From a virus (Duplodnaviria; Caudoviricetes), in IMG/VR virus record IMGVR_UViG_3300048881_000131, positions 1-36,789 of that record: DNA of 36,789 bases; one strand, 5' to 3'. The notes beneath the pieces were generated by a model that ran no database searches, was not told the DNA's origin, and was given only the letters and a program-made list of their open reading frames with translations. Made by a program: the position numbers and the translations under genes. The stretch's first letter is position 1. The number at the start of each line of letters is the position of its first letter. Below, one piece after another: positions 18,261 through 26,118 of the stretch.

Positions 18261-18437
18261 TTAACCCCTTTTTATCTTTCGCATTATATTAGCGCATCTT
18301 TGCTGGTTGATAATTGCCACCAAAAACCAGATTGGCAACCATGCGCCAGCCGTAAAAATAGATATGAAAAGGTGTAGCAAGTGGCTTGTTTTTGGGCGCT
18401 GTTGCAATAACAGCAGTTTCTCATTAGATGTCATCAT
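18261..18437 (-). CDS. Small membrane protein (58 aa, not in ORF track)
   Basis: MMTSNEKLLLLQQRPKTSHLLHLFISIFTAGAWLPIWFLVAIINQQRC...; hydrophobic HxxHL..S..T.G.W..IW pattern. Confidence 0.65.
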   Translation of the reverse strand: MMTSNEKLLLLQQRPKTSHLLHLFISIFTAGAWLPIWFLVAIINQQRCANIMRKIKRG

Positions 18438-18864
18438 CACAACCTATGGCCGTTAGTGTGGTTCTTCGTTTTTCTGGATGCTCGCAATAAAGATCGGCTC
18501 TTTTATTGTAATGATCCCTATTTCGTTTTTTTTCCTTCTCGGCAATTAAAAGATCATCCCGCTCTTTCTGCCTCTGCTTTTTTAAAAGCTCTGCCTCTAA
18601 TCTCATCCTCTCTTCTTCTCTTGCTAGAAGAAGCTCTCTATCTTTCTTTCTGTATTCTGCCTCTTGCTCTTCGCGCTTATGCTTCCTCCAAGCTGAATAA
18701 GCATGTATCCCGCCAAAAACCACCATGATAACTAAATACCAGTTTTCAGCGAGAAACGTACCCGCGAGAGTAGCGAGATATAATAAAATATTACCTGCAT
18801 TGCTTCCAGGTTGGTTCATTCTACCCTCCGTGTACGATAATGTGCTAGCTATCTGATTCATCAA
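18424..18864 (-). CDS. Holin-like membrane protein with charged coiled-coil tail
   Basis: Two TM segments (ILLYLATLAGTF, WYLVIMVVFGGI) then a highly charged region; start may be MNQPG. Confidence 0.45.
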   Translation of the reverse strand: MMNQIASTLSYTEGRMNQPGSNAGNILLYLATLAGTFLAENWYLVIMVVFGGIHAYSAWRKHKREEQEAEYRKKDRELLLAREEERMRLEAELLKKQRQKERDDLLIAEKEKKRNRDHYNKRADLYCEHPEKRRTTLTAIGCDDDI

Positions 18865-19078
18865 AAAGCTTCACTAGCTTATTCATGTGCGTGTTTATTT
18901 CTTCACTGGGCTTGCCGTCAATAATCGCCTCAATAACATCATAAGCGCAATCATCCCATTTGTTTTGAGTGCTTCTTACAATTACTTTTGAAAGCCATTT
19001 GATGGCGTTTTTTGCCAACCAATCACGCAACCTTGCAACCGCTACACCTTTTAAAATAGTTAAAACCCATGCAGGCAT
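18845..19078 (-). CDS. Hypothetical protein, possibly lysis-associated
   Basis: VRSTQNKWDD motif; AGGGG RBS; upstream extended -10 TGGTATACT. Confidence 0.55.
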   Translation of the reverse strand: MPAWVLTILKGVAVARLRDWLAKNAIKWLSKVIVRSTQNKWDDCAYDVIEAIIDGKPSEEINTHMNKLVKLFDESDS

Positions 19079-19133
19079 AATAGACCCCTAGTTTAGTTTT
19101 TAATCAGTATACCAGATAAGTGAGTTTTGTTAA

Positions 19134-19634
19134 TCATTCGCCTTTCTCCTGCTCTAGCTTCTTCTCAACTTCTGACCATCGCTTGTAATAGTCGCTCATC
19201 TTGTACAGCTCTTTGCTCATAGCGTCCTTTTTGCCTAGTCGCTTTTCGTACTTGCCAATGGTAAACCGCATAGCAGCTCTAAAGTCTTCTATTGAGTTAT
19301 CACGGGCGAATTCGTCTATATGATCTAGTCCGTCATTACCCTTGTACCTTGGCTGTTTAGAGTAATCATCTAGCTCATCATACACCAGTCCATCATTTCC
19401 GTTTTGCTGTATCTGCTCCATCCGTTTCTCTCCTTCTTTCCACTTGTCGGGGCGTACCTCTACTTTGCAATCACTGGTAATGTAGCGCTCAAGCGGCCAG
19501 TTGCATACGCTCAAATTCCACAACTCACTCTCTTTATTCCATCCGCACTCCTTACCGTCAAGCCATTTAGCAAAACACCCGTTAATGCAAGCCTCAGCGC
19601 CTTCTGGCGCTTTTGACCAGTCTACTTCACTCAT
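19134..19634 (-). CDS. DUF3310 (T7 gp1.7-like nucleotide kinase) domain protein with N-terminal DWSKAPEGA module
   Basis: QPRY...DHID....F......KY..RLGKKD...EL.K...Y pattern. Confidence 0.65.
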   Translation of the reverse strand: MSEVDWSKAPEGAEACINGCFAKWLDGKECGWNKESELWNLSVCNWPLERYITSDCKVEVRPDKWKEGEKRMEQIQQNGNDGLVYDELDDYSKQPRYKGNDGLDHIDEFARDNSIEDFRAAMRFTIGKYEKRLGKKDAMSKELYKMSDYYKRWSEVEKKLEQEKGE

Positions 19635-19637
19635 AAC

Positions 19638-19817
19638 CTAGCCCCTTACCATTGCTTGATAGCGCTCTACTTGAGCCTTTGCTTCTTCTAGTGTGTTGTG
19701 TTTTGTTATTGGTTGGCAGTGCATATCCTCACCAGTACTGTCTATATCAGCCTCAAATACACCAAGCGCCAACGACGCACAAAGCGTGAGCGTCAGAATA
19801 ACTACAAAATCCCTCAT
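19638..19817 (-). CDS. Small hypothetical exported protein (59 aa, not in ORF track)
   Basis: MRDFVVILTLTLCASLALG...YQAMVRG*; fills the gap between neighbours. Confidence 0.55.
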   Translation of the reverse strand: MRDFVVILTLTLCASLALGVFEADIDSTGEDMHCQPITKHNTLEEAKAQVERYQAMVRG

Positions 19818-20354
19818 CTACTCGCCCTCCGGTGCTTTAAAGCCTGCATCAAGCAATTTATAGAAAACACCAGTCAACACAACCTGCCCACCCTCATCAA
19901 ACGGCATGTCAATATACTTAGCGCACTCCGAAGCGAAAGCCTCTCTATCTTTCTGCTCTTGGGTTTTTAGCGGGCGGAACCTAGGCGATCCAATTAATCT
20001 ATCAATCTCCCCGCGATGGCAGCCAGAAGTTACCTGATAGATATATTCTTCACCAATACCCTTGCCCACATACAAGCATTCGACCAAATCGCCCTTGTGC
20101 AAAGTCAAGCACTCACAACCAACAGAAGGCAATCCATCTACCCATTCTTGGGATTGTTCTTCTGGTAGCTCTATTGCTGTAGTTGGCATCACTCGCTCAG
20201 ATAAGACCCAGATTCTAGGCTCATCCAGCTTATATACCTCACCTGTGTTCTTATTAATAAAGCACTCCGGCCATAGCATATTACCCTCATTATAATGAGT
20301 AGCCCCTTCTGGCACTTTATAGCCCTTGTATTCTTTAACGTAATTCTTATTCAT
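19818..20354 (-). CDS. Hypothetical protein (PEGATH and WxDGLPxVGxECE modules)
   Basis: KVPEGATHY, WVDGLPSVGCEC, FRPLKTQEQKDRE, LLDAGF; GAGG RBS. Confidence 0.75.
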   Translation of the reverse strand: MNKNYVKEYKGYKVPEGATHYNEGNMLWPECFINKNTGEVYKLDEPRIWVLSERVMPTTAIELPEEQSQEWVDGLPSVGCECLTLHKGDLVECLYVGKGIGEEYIYQVTSGCHRGEIDRLIGSPRFRPLKTQEQKDREAFASECAKYIDMPFDEGGQVVLTGVFYKLLDAGFKAPEGE

Positions 20355-20373
20355 TTATATTTCCTCTTTAGTA

Positions 20374-20424
20374 TTGACTTACTTTGTATTCGTTAATACT
20401 ATGCTTAAATAAATAATTAATCAA
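20374..20424. promoter_or_regulatory. Overlapping divergent sigma70 promoters sharing a -10 region
   Basis: Plus: TTGACT(20374)-17-TACTAT(20397). Minus: TTGATT(20424)-17-TAGTAT(20401). Contains TTAAATAAATAATTAA. Confidence 0.7.
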
Positions 20425-20442
20425 TACAAAGAGAGAAATAAA

Positions 20443-20703
20443 ATGAACCATTCAGAATTGCTAGAAACTAGAGCTAATACTCCAGCACCTAAGCCGCCAC
20501 AGCTGACTAGCGCAAAGATTGACGAAGCTGAGCTATTAAGATTAGAGGTTGAAGCGTTTATTGCCAGTGGTGGCAGTTATGAGGTTATTGAAGATAATAC
20601 TAAGTGCCGATCTATGACTGCCAAGGAACAAATGAATGCTAACTATAAGAAAGATGTATTAAACGGAAAGGCCATGGACACACCCATCAAGCCAAAAAGA
20701 TAG
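20443..20703 (+). CDS. SutA-like RNA-polymerase-binding protein
   Basis: AKIDEAELLRLEVEAFIASGGSYEVIE resembles the SutA core (AK..E...L...[M/V]E.F...GG.[V/Y]..I); own promoter and terminator. Confidence 0.65.
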   Translation: MNHSELLETRANTPAPKPPQLTSAKIDEAELLRLEVEAFIASGGSYEVIEDNTKCRSMTAKEQMNANYKKDVLNGKAMDTPIKPKR

Positions 20704-20709
20704 GAATAA

Positions 20710-20737
20710 GCCCTGTGTTAGCTTTCTATCACAGGGC
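20710..20737. terminator. Hairpin terminator between convergent SutA-like and HNH genes
   Basis: GCCCTGTG...CACAGGGC. Confidence 0.7.
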
Positions 20738-20751
20738 AGTTAGTGTGCAAA

Positions 20752-21258
20752 TTAAGGCCTATCTGTCCCATGCAAAATTGAATAATTGAGGCCTACCTCT
20801 GCCGCCTTCCTTATGCAAATTGCTTCAAATAGGTCTTTAGAGCACCCTAAATACTTTTGCCTCCCGCTTCCGTTGCCTATATATGCCAAGTAGTAACCGT
20901 TATTAAGCCTTACGCCTGTGCATCCTGTTTTGTTTCTAACCTGTCTAAATGCGTTTCTTTGATCAATGCAATCATCACCGCGTCTCAGGTTTGTCCACTT
21001 ATCATTCAATGAGTCTCCGTCCTTGTGGTCAATTATAAAGTTAGGAAACTCACCTTTCATTAAGCACCAAGCAAGCTGGCCGCAAGTGTATTCTTTCTGA
21101 TCAAATACAATGCGCCTACAAGCATTAAGTCCTTTCTTTTTAACACAGCCAGCGATGAGGTTTTTGCGCCTACCGCTTCCTGATTCTCGCCACTTAAATA
21201 CACCAGTTTCCGGATCATAATAAAGTTGGTTTTTTAGCTTGACCATGTTAATCGCCAT
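20752..21258 (-). CDS. HNH homing endonuclease with AP2-like DNA-binding domain
   Basis: YDPETGVFKW, IIDHKDGD..ND..NLR, NKTGCTGV, KYLG. Confidence 0.85.
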   Translation of the reverse strand: MAINMVKLKNQLYYDPETGVFKWRESGSGRRKNLIAGCVKKKGLNACRRIVFDQKEYTCGQLAWCLMKGEFPNFIIDHKDGDSLNDKWTNLRRGDDCIDQRNAFRQVRNKTGCTGVRLNNGYYLAYIGNGSGRQKYLGCSKDLFEAICIRKAAEVGLNYSILHGTDRP

Positions 21259-21463
21259 GAGTAGCGGCCATCAACTTGTATTGTGCAGTCGATATATTCC
21301 ATAAAGCATCGGCAGCAGCTTGTCCATCAGAAACACAACCCAAATGATATATTTTACCACCCATTAAAATAGTTGCATTTTCCTCTCCTTCGTATGCGTC
21401 AACTATGTTTTGAAGCCCTTGCTTAACATTTGAATTAGGTTTTATGGATACTACGTTATTCAT
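21248..21463 (-). CDS. Hypothetical protein (start probably MNNVV)
   Basis: GAGGAG RBS at the end of the endolysin gene. Confidence 0.6.
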   Translation of the reverse strand: MNNVVSIKPNSNVKQGLQNIVDAYEGEENATILMGGKIYHLGCVSDGQAAADALWNISTAQYKLMAATHGD

Positions 21464-21465
21464 AT

Positions 21466-21882
21466 TCACTCCTCGATCTCTATGTGCGGCTTGTCCCATC
21501 CATCTAGCTCATCAGAACCGAACTCGCCGCCCCATTTTAGTTTGATATTAATCTCACTCTCACTATAAAGTCGGTTAGCAGTAGCCATAATCGCCACAGC
21601 GACCATGCTTAGGTGATGAGGACGCCAGCTTGCCTTTCCATTTACAAAGGCGTAAAAGTCCAGCGCTTTACCGTCCTGATGATTACTTCTAATCTCGAAC
21701 CCATCGCATTTAGATAGACCTTTAACAAACAATTCGTTTTGCTCGCCGTCTGTTCTCAACCCACCATGACCAGGTATGCCAAAATCAATAGGGCTCACCT
21801 TAATGGCTTCACGAAAAACCATATCTAGCTGATTATCTATACCCTTCATTCGCTCTAGGCTTCTTTCGCTAAACTTGAACAT
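21466..21882 (-). CDS. Endolysin, peptidase M15 (L-alanyl-D-glutamate peptidase type)
   Basis: FKFSERS, GLRT..EQ..L..KG.S, SNHQDGKALD, KWGG, DKPHIE zinc-peptidase motifs. Confidence 0.9.
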   Translation of the reverse strand: MFKFSERSLERMKGIDNQLDMVFREAIKVSPIDFGIPGHGGLRTDGEQNELFVKGLSKCDGFEIRSNHQDGKALDFYAFVNGKASWRPHHLSMVAVAIMATANRLYSESEINIKLKWGGEFGSDELDGWDKPHIEIEE

Positions 21883-22061
21883 TATAGCGCCTCCGCTGCT
21901 TGCATGTATTTAGTCGCTTCGTTTCTGTGATGATCTGCTAGTTTTTTCATTTCATCAGATTCGTTATGGCCGCCCTCAGCTGAAAATGCAATAGCTTTGT
22001 TTTCATAGTTAATCGCTATCTTTCGAGCGTTAGCTGCTAGTATTTTGTATTGGTCTTTCAT
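21882..22061 (-). CDS. Hypothetical protein (59 aa, not in ORF track)
   Basis: MKDQYKILAANARK...MQAAEAL*; GAGG RBS; TAATG overlap with the endolysin gene. Confidence 0.6.
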   Translation of the reverse strand: MKDQYKILAANARKIAINYENKAIAFSAEGGHNESDEMKKLADHHRNEATKYMQAAEAL

Positions 22062-22092
22062 CTTTAAACCCTCTTATTAATTAACTTATTAT

Positions 22093-22112
22093 AGCGCCCC
22101 TTATAGAGCGCT
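22093..22112 (-). terminator. Hairpin after ssb
   Basis: Minus strand AGCGCTCT-ATAA-GGGGCGCT; weak U-tract. Confidence 0.45.
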
Positions 22113-22122
22113 TGGTTGGTGG

Positions 22123-22662
22123 TTAAAACGGGATATTCTGGTCGTTATTGCCGAAGTTATTCTGAGGCATTGGTTGGCCCCCTTGACTCACTCCCATTGG
22201 CTGACCCTGCGGTGGTACTGGTGGCTGATTGGGATTCATTGGCTGCTGCGGCTGAAACCCTCCCTGCTGTGGCGCTGGCTGCTGCCAGTTATTCGCCAGC
22301 TGGCCGTTTTGCTGCGGCTGCCCTTCTTGTTTTCCGTCCAGCATCATCATTTCACAAATAACAATCTCGGTTGAGTAGCGCTTAATGCCGTCTTTTTCAT
22401 ACTCATTGGTACGTAGCTTTCCTTCAAAGTAAGCTTTAGAGCCTTTCTTCAAGTATTGACCAATAATCTCAGCTAACTTACCGAACGCCGTCATGCGGTG
22501 CCATTCAGTTTTTTCAACTTTCTGACCTGAATTCTTATCCTGGTAGCTTTCGTCTGTTGCAACACTAACAGATACTACAGCGCTACCCGATGGTAAATAT
22601 TTCATTTCAGGATCGCGACCTAGTGTTCCGATGATTTGTACCTTATTAACTGACTTACCCAT
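22123..22662 (-). CDS. ssb: Single-stranded DNA-binding protein
   Basis: SVNKV.IIG.LGRDPE, EKTEWHR, YLKKGS, RYSTEI, C-terminal IPF. Confidence 0.97.
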   Translation of the reverse strand: MGKSVNKVQIIGTLGRDPEMKYLPSGSAVVSVSVATDESYQDKNSGQKVEKTEWHRMTAFGKLAEIIGQYLKKGSKAYFEGKLRTNEYEKDGIKRYSTEIVICEMMMLDGKQEGQPQQNGQLANNWQQPAPQQGGFQPQQPMNPNQPPVPPQGQPMGVSQGGQPMPQNNFGNNDQNIPF

Positions 22663-22687
22663 ATTCTTTCTCTCTTAGTTGTGCGGA

Positions 22688-23359
22688 CTATATGCCCGCG
22701 TTGGTTTGTTGTTCCACTTCTGCGCCGTTCCACTCAATGCCGAACGACTCTTTTAAAATGCGCTTCATTTCAATTAAAAACGCGGTTAATTTTTCTTCTA
22801 GCTTTGCTATGTATTCTTCGTCACGCTCAATTCTGGTAATGAATATTCGCCCTTTGCCGTCAATGCGCGGGTCGTAGCTTACGAAATCCCACCATTTACG
22901 GCCATTAACTAACATATTACCTTGAACCTGCGCCATGTGCTCTTTAGGCATCTCGCCAGATACTACCGTTGCGATATGGTTAGCTGAATTGTAAGGACAC
23001 TTGATTTCAATACCACCATCATCACCTACAAAGCCATCAGGACTAGCGCCTATTTGCTTGTCATCGGTTAAGCAGATTCCAATCTCATCTACAGTAACGC
23101 CTTGCTCGAATGCGTATTCTATTTGAGCGTTTTTCTCATTATTAGAACCCCACTCTAAGGCCTTCCCAGTAACTTCTTTTTGCTCACCTGTCAAAATTTC
23201 AGCTATTAATTCTAACATGTATGACTTAGCAGTTGCGCTGAATAGCTCAGTGTTGCTACGTGGATTGGTCATAATATCCTTGAAGCGGCTAGCGCTAACC
23301 AGCCCCAGTCGCAACTTAAGCCATTCTTCAGAACCTTGCTCAACATCTACCTGGATCAT
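22688..23359 (-). CDS. YqaJ/lambda-exonuclease family recombination nuclease
   Basis: QGSEEWL.LR.G, GASPDG, IEIKCP, QVQG.M, WDFVSYDPR. Confidence 0.93.
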   Translation of the reverse strand: MIQVDVEQGSEEWLKLRLGLVSASRFKDIMTNPRSNTELFSATAKSYMLELIAEILTGEQKEVTGKALEWGSNNEKNAQIEYAFEQGVTVDEIGICLTDDKQIGASPDGFVGDDGGIEIKCPYNSANHIATVVSGEMPKEHMAQVQGNMLVNGRKWWDFVSYDPRIDGKGRIFITRIERDEEYIAKLEEKLTAFLIEMKRILKESFGIEWNGAEVEQQTNAGI

Positions 23360-24087
23360 AACTTAGACTCCAGCTGCTTGATTGCAAAATCAGCCTGTTC
23401 TTTCGTGTATTGCGAGAATGATCCAGCATTGATACCTAACCGAGTGTTGATAAATCCACCAAATGTATTGGCATCCATTCCGGCCTTATCTATCAATTCA
23501 TTAATTTTAATGACCTGTGCTGAATCACAATGCTCAATAACCTTTCCAGACTCAATGCGGCCGTCCGAATCCTCATCACTTGGAACGATACCAGTTACGC
23601 CGGTAAACGTATAACGACGCAGATATGAAACCGCTGAGGCTAATGCTTGGATTGGCTGCTTGCCGCCAGACTTATCGTGATCTGAGGTTAAGGAAACCGT
23701 TTCGGTGTGACCATCAACGTGAGACAAGTGGCAAGAAACCGTAATTTGCTGTGCGTCTTGTGTTTGCGAGAATGAATAACTAAGACCGGCTTTAAATAAA
23801 ACATCCTTCACCTGCTCAATAATATCTTCAAGCGGAGCATACTTTGAATTATGACCCTTCTTTAGCTTCTTAATCTTTGGGCAGTTAGCCTGAAATAAAC
23901 TAACAGCAGACAGATAAGACGCCTTAGCATTCTTAGCGTCGTAGCGCTCTTGTAGCGCCATTAGCTTCTCAAGCTTATCAATGTCAGCACCTTGAGTAAT
24001 AGCCATTTCTATCAAGCCCTGCGCGCTTGCCACTGGAACGATCGGCTTTGCTTCTTGCTCTTGCGTGATAACTTCTTGATTAGACAT
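23356..24087 (-). CDS. erf: ERF-family single-strand annealing protein
   Basis: KYAPLEDI, GLSY, H.DGH.E, QALASAVSYLRRY, DEDSDG. Confidence 0.9.
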   Translation of the reverse strand: MSNQEVITQEQEAKPIVPVASAQGLIEMAITQGADIDKLEKLMALQERYDAKNAKASYLSAVSLFQANCPKIKKLKKGHNSKYAPLEDIIEQVKDVLFKAGLSYSFSQTQDAQQITVSCHLSHVDGHTETVSLTSDHDKSGGKQPIQALASAVSYLRRYTFTGVTGIVPSDEDSDGRIESGKVIEHCDSAQVIKINELIDKAGMDANTFGGFINTRLGINAGSFSQYTKEQADFAIKQLESKL

Positions 24088-24418
24088 CAGAAACCCCCTT
24101 AAAATTAAATGAATTGGCCGCGTCCTCTGCTAGTTCGCGTGTTTTATTATCAACCAACTCCATAAACCTGCGTGAAGGTGGTGTATGGATTGAAAGACTA
24201 GATAGGTATTTATTAACCTTCTCGCTAACCGTCTCACCATCATCACAAACTTTGTCACATTCAATCAACTCTCGCATAACAATAGAGCTGTCTAGCTGCT
24301 GTACTGCATCATAAATAACAATATTACCTAGATTAACCTGATCAACTACTCGATCAACCAACCCACCAAAATCTCCGCACCCATAACCAAGGCTTTCCAG
24401 CTCTACTCGCTCATTCAT
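24080..24418 (-). CDS. Hypothetical protein, first gene of the leftward early operon
   Basis: GAGG RBS; follows the leftward promoter. Confidence 0.65.
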   Translation of the reverse strand: MNERVELESLGYGCGDFGGLVDRVVDQVNLGNIVIYDAVQQLDSSIVMRELIECDKVCDDGETVSEKVNKYLSSLSIHTPPSRRFMELVDNKTRELAEDAANSFNFKGVSDV

Positions 24419-24447
24419 TTCTCAATCCTCTTTGTTAATTTCTGAGT

Positions 24448-24531
24448 TAAGCTTAATTATATTTTTAATGGATAGCAAGCTTAAATCCAATTATTTTTAC
24501 CCTTGCATTAAATTAATTTTATAATTACTAT
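24448..24531. promoter_or_regulatory. Divergent early promoter region
   Basis: Plus TTGCAT-17-TACTAT (24503-24531); minus TTGCTA-17-TAAGCT; AT-rich strand-switch point. Confidence 0.65.
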
Positions 24532-24561
24532 TGAGGGATATTAACCAATACGGATAAGAAC

Positions 24562-24873
24562 ATGCCGAAGAACAAAGACAATGAGTTTGACGTATCTCTG
24601 CTTGAAGCTGACATCTCAGCAGGAATAGACAAATTCATTAACAAGCACAAAGAGGATAACGATTTTACCACTGATTATTCAGTAGAAAAGAAATGTGGAT
24701 TAAGCGATAACGCTATTAGGACAATTCGTAATTCTGGCGGCGCTTCACTTAAAACAATATGCCGACTAGGTCTTGGCGTTGGATACAAGCCACGATCAAG
24801 AACATTTAATGTCAGTCAAAAAGAATACATAAAGATTGTTATTCGCGTACTTAAAGACTTTGAGGGTAAGTAA
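24562..24873 (+). CDS. XRE/Cro-like HTH transcriptional regulator
   Basis: VEKKCGLSDNAIRTIRNSGGASLKTICRL; first gene after the divergent promoters. Confidence 0.6.
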   Translation: MPKNKDNEFDVSLLEADISAGIDKFINKHKEDNDFTTDYSVEKKCGLSDNAIRTIRNSGGASLKTICRLGLGVGYKPRSRTFNVSQKEYIKIVIRVLKDFEGK

Positions 24874-25034
24874 TGACAACACGACAACAAATGCAAGACG
24901 CATACAGAAGCGGTCGTCTAATGCGCTCAGAGGGCGAATCTAAGTCGGTATGCCCATTCGGTGAGGCTGAGTTATGCCTTAAGCACTGGTGGCTAGCTGG
25001 ATGGAATGATAAAGATATGGAGGTAAAACAATGA
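24873..25034 (+). CDS. Ribosome modulation factor (Rmf)/CrpP-fold protein (53 aa, not in ORF track)
   Basis: MTTRQQMQDAYRSGRLMRSEGESKSVCPFGEAELCLKHWWLAGWNDKDMEVKQ matches the Rmf pattern A..G....G.S...CP[YF]...WL.GW; TAATG and ATGA coupling on both sides. Confidence 0.75.
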   Translation: MTTRQQMQDAYRSGRLMRSEGESKSVCPFGEAELCLKHWWLAGWNDKDMEVKQ

Positions 25035-25330
25035 GCAACCTAGCAACACATCAGCCACCGGTAAGCAACTCAATAGCAGCCGCCTGTCTAGCTCGATTAG
25101 GCATGAAACGAGAGCTAGAGGTTGCACCTGGCTACAGCATTCGAAAAACAAAGCGAACATATCAGAGTTTTGAGTATCGGGACATTATTGGCAATCCCTG
25201 CAAGCGAAAAGACCTGTCAGCATTATACGGTACGTCAGAGAGCGTTGTATCTGATGCCTACAAGAAAAGCGAAGGTAATTTTTTACTGGCCAATATTAAG
25301 CTAATGAAGCGACTGAGGGTTAACAAATGA
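25031..25330 (+). CDS. Hypothetical protein, possible HTH
   Basis: RKDLSALYGTSESVVSDAY; GGAGG RBS. Confidence 0.6.
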   Translation: MSNLATHQPPVSNSIAAACLARLGMKRELEVAPGYSIRKTKRTYQSFEYRDIIGNPCKRKDLSALYGTSESVVSDAYKKSEGNFLLANIKLMKRLRVNK

Positions 25331-25506
25331 ACCATAAATGTAAATGCGGAAACTACAAATCATATAGTCAAGAATTAGGCACTCACGAAGTAGCGGCGCC
25401 AATGATGCCACTTGATGCTTGCGTAAATTGTATGCCAAAGTTTGATGAGATTAAATTCAAAGAATTCATCAATAACTTCCACAAGATAAATGGAGGAAAG
25501 AAATGA
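25327..25506 (+). CDS. Small Cys-motif protein (59 aa, not in ORF track)
   Basis: MNHKCKCGNYKSY...APMMPLDACVNC...; paralogous to the N-terminus of 28386..28790. Confidence 0.7.
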   Translation: MNHKCKCGNYKSYSQELGTHEVAAPMMPLDACVNCMPKFDEIKFKEFINNFHKINGGKK

Positions 25507-25865
25507 TTACACCAGAATTTCTACAGTCTTGTACTGATGAGCAAATTAATAAAGGGGTGGCTTGGCTTGAGGCAAAATCACTTGAAATTAATAATCTTAA
25601 CTGGGTGATCAGTAACTTAGGCGACATATTCGTCACAAGAGTAATCGCATTCAATCCTTGCCAGGTGGCTAATGACGCTTGGCCTATTATTCTTTCTAAC
25701 TGCATAAGTATTGAGTGTGACGAAGGGGTCTGGTCTGCATGTAGTGGCGTTCGTTACGATAGCAGCTATTACTACCCAGTCAAAAGTTGGGATATTGAAG
25801 TAGTTAATAAAAACCCAATTCGCGCAGCCATGGAGGTTTACATTCTTATGAGTACCAGTAAATGA
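25503..25865 (+). CDS. NinX-family protein
   Basis: DEQINKGVA, FNPC...DAWPII..N.ISI, NPIRAAMEVY. Confidence 0.8.
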   Translation: MITPEFLQSCTDEQINKGVAWLEAKSLEINNLNWVISNLGDIFVTRVIAFNPCQVANDAWPIILSNCISIECDEGVWSACSGVRYDSSYYYPVKSWDIEVVNKNPIRAAMEVYILMSTSK

Positions 25866-26113
25866 ACGGTCTATTACTAACCCTAACCATAATAACGCTA
25901 ACTACCCTGGTTCTAGGACTTGGTTATTCTGCCTATATTTGGTTTATTCGCAGATCGAGAATTAAGCACCCCAAGCCTTGCGGTCATGAAACTACAATGA
26001 AACTAAGCAGCATCAATAAGCAGCTTTGCTATAACTGCAATGAAGCTATCGACTGGAACTTAAAACCTAATCAAGCGCCTTTGGTTAGTTCATCGAGAGA
26101 TAAAAGGAAGTAA
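25862..26113 (+). CDS. Membrane-anchored protein with Cys/His motif
   Basis: N-terminal TM; CGH...CYNC. Confidence 0.6.
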   Translation: MNGLLLTLTIITLTTLVLGLGYSAYIWFIRRSRIKHPKPCGHETTMKLSSINKQLCYNCNEAIDWNLKPNQAPLVSSSRDKRK

Positions 26114-26118
26114 AATAA

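Noticed and set aside
22140-22330. CAG/CCA-rich repeats as a repeat array
   Set aside because: They encode the ordinary Gln/Pro/Gly linker of SSB
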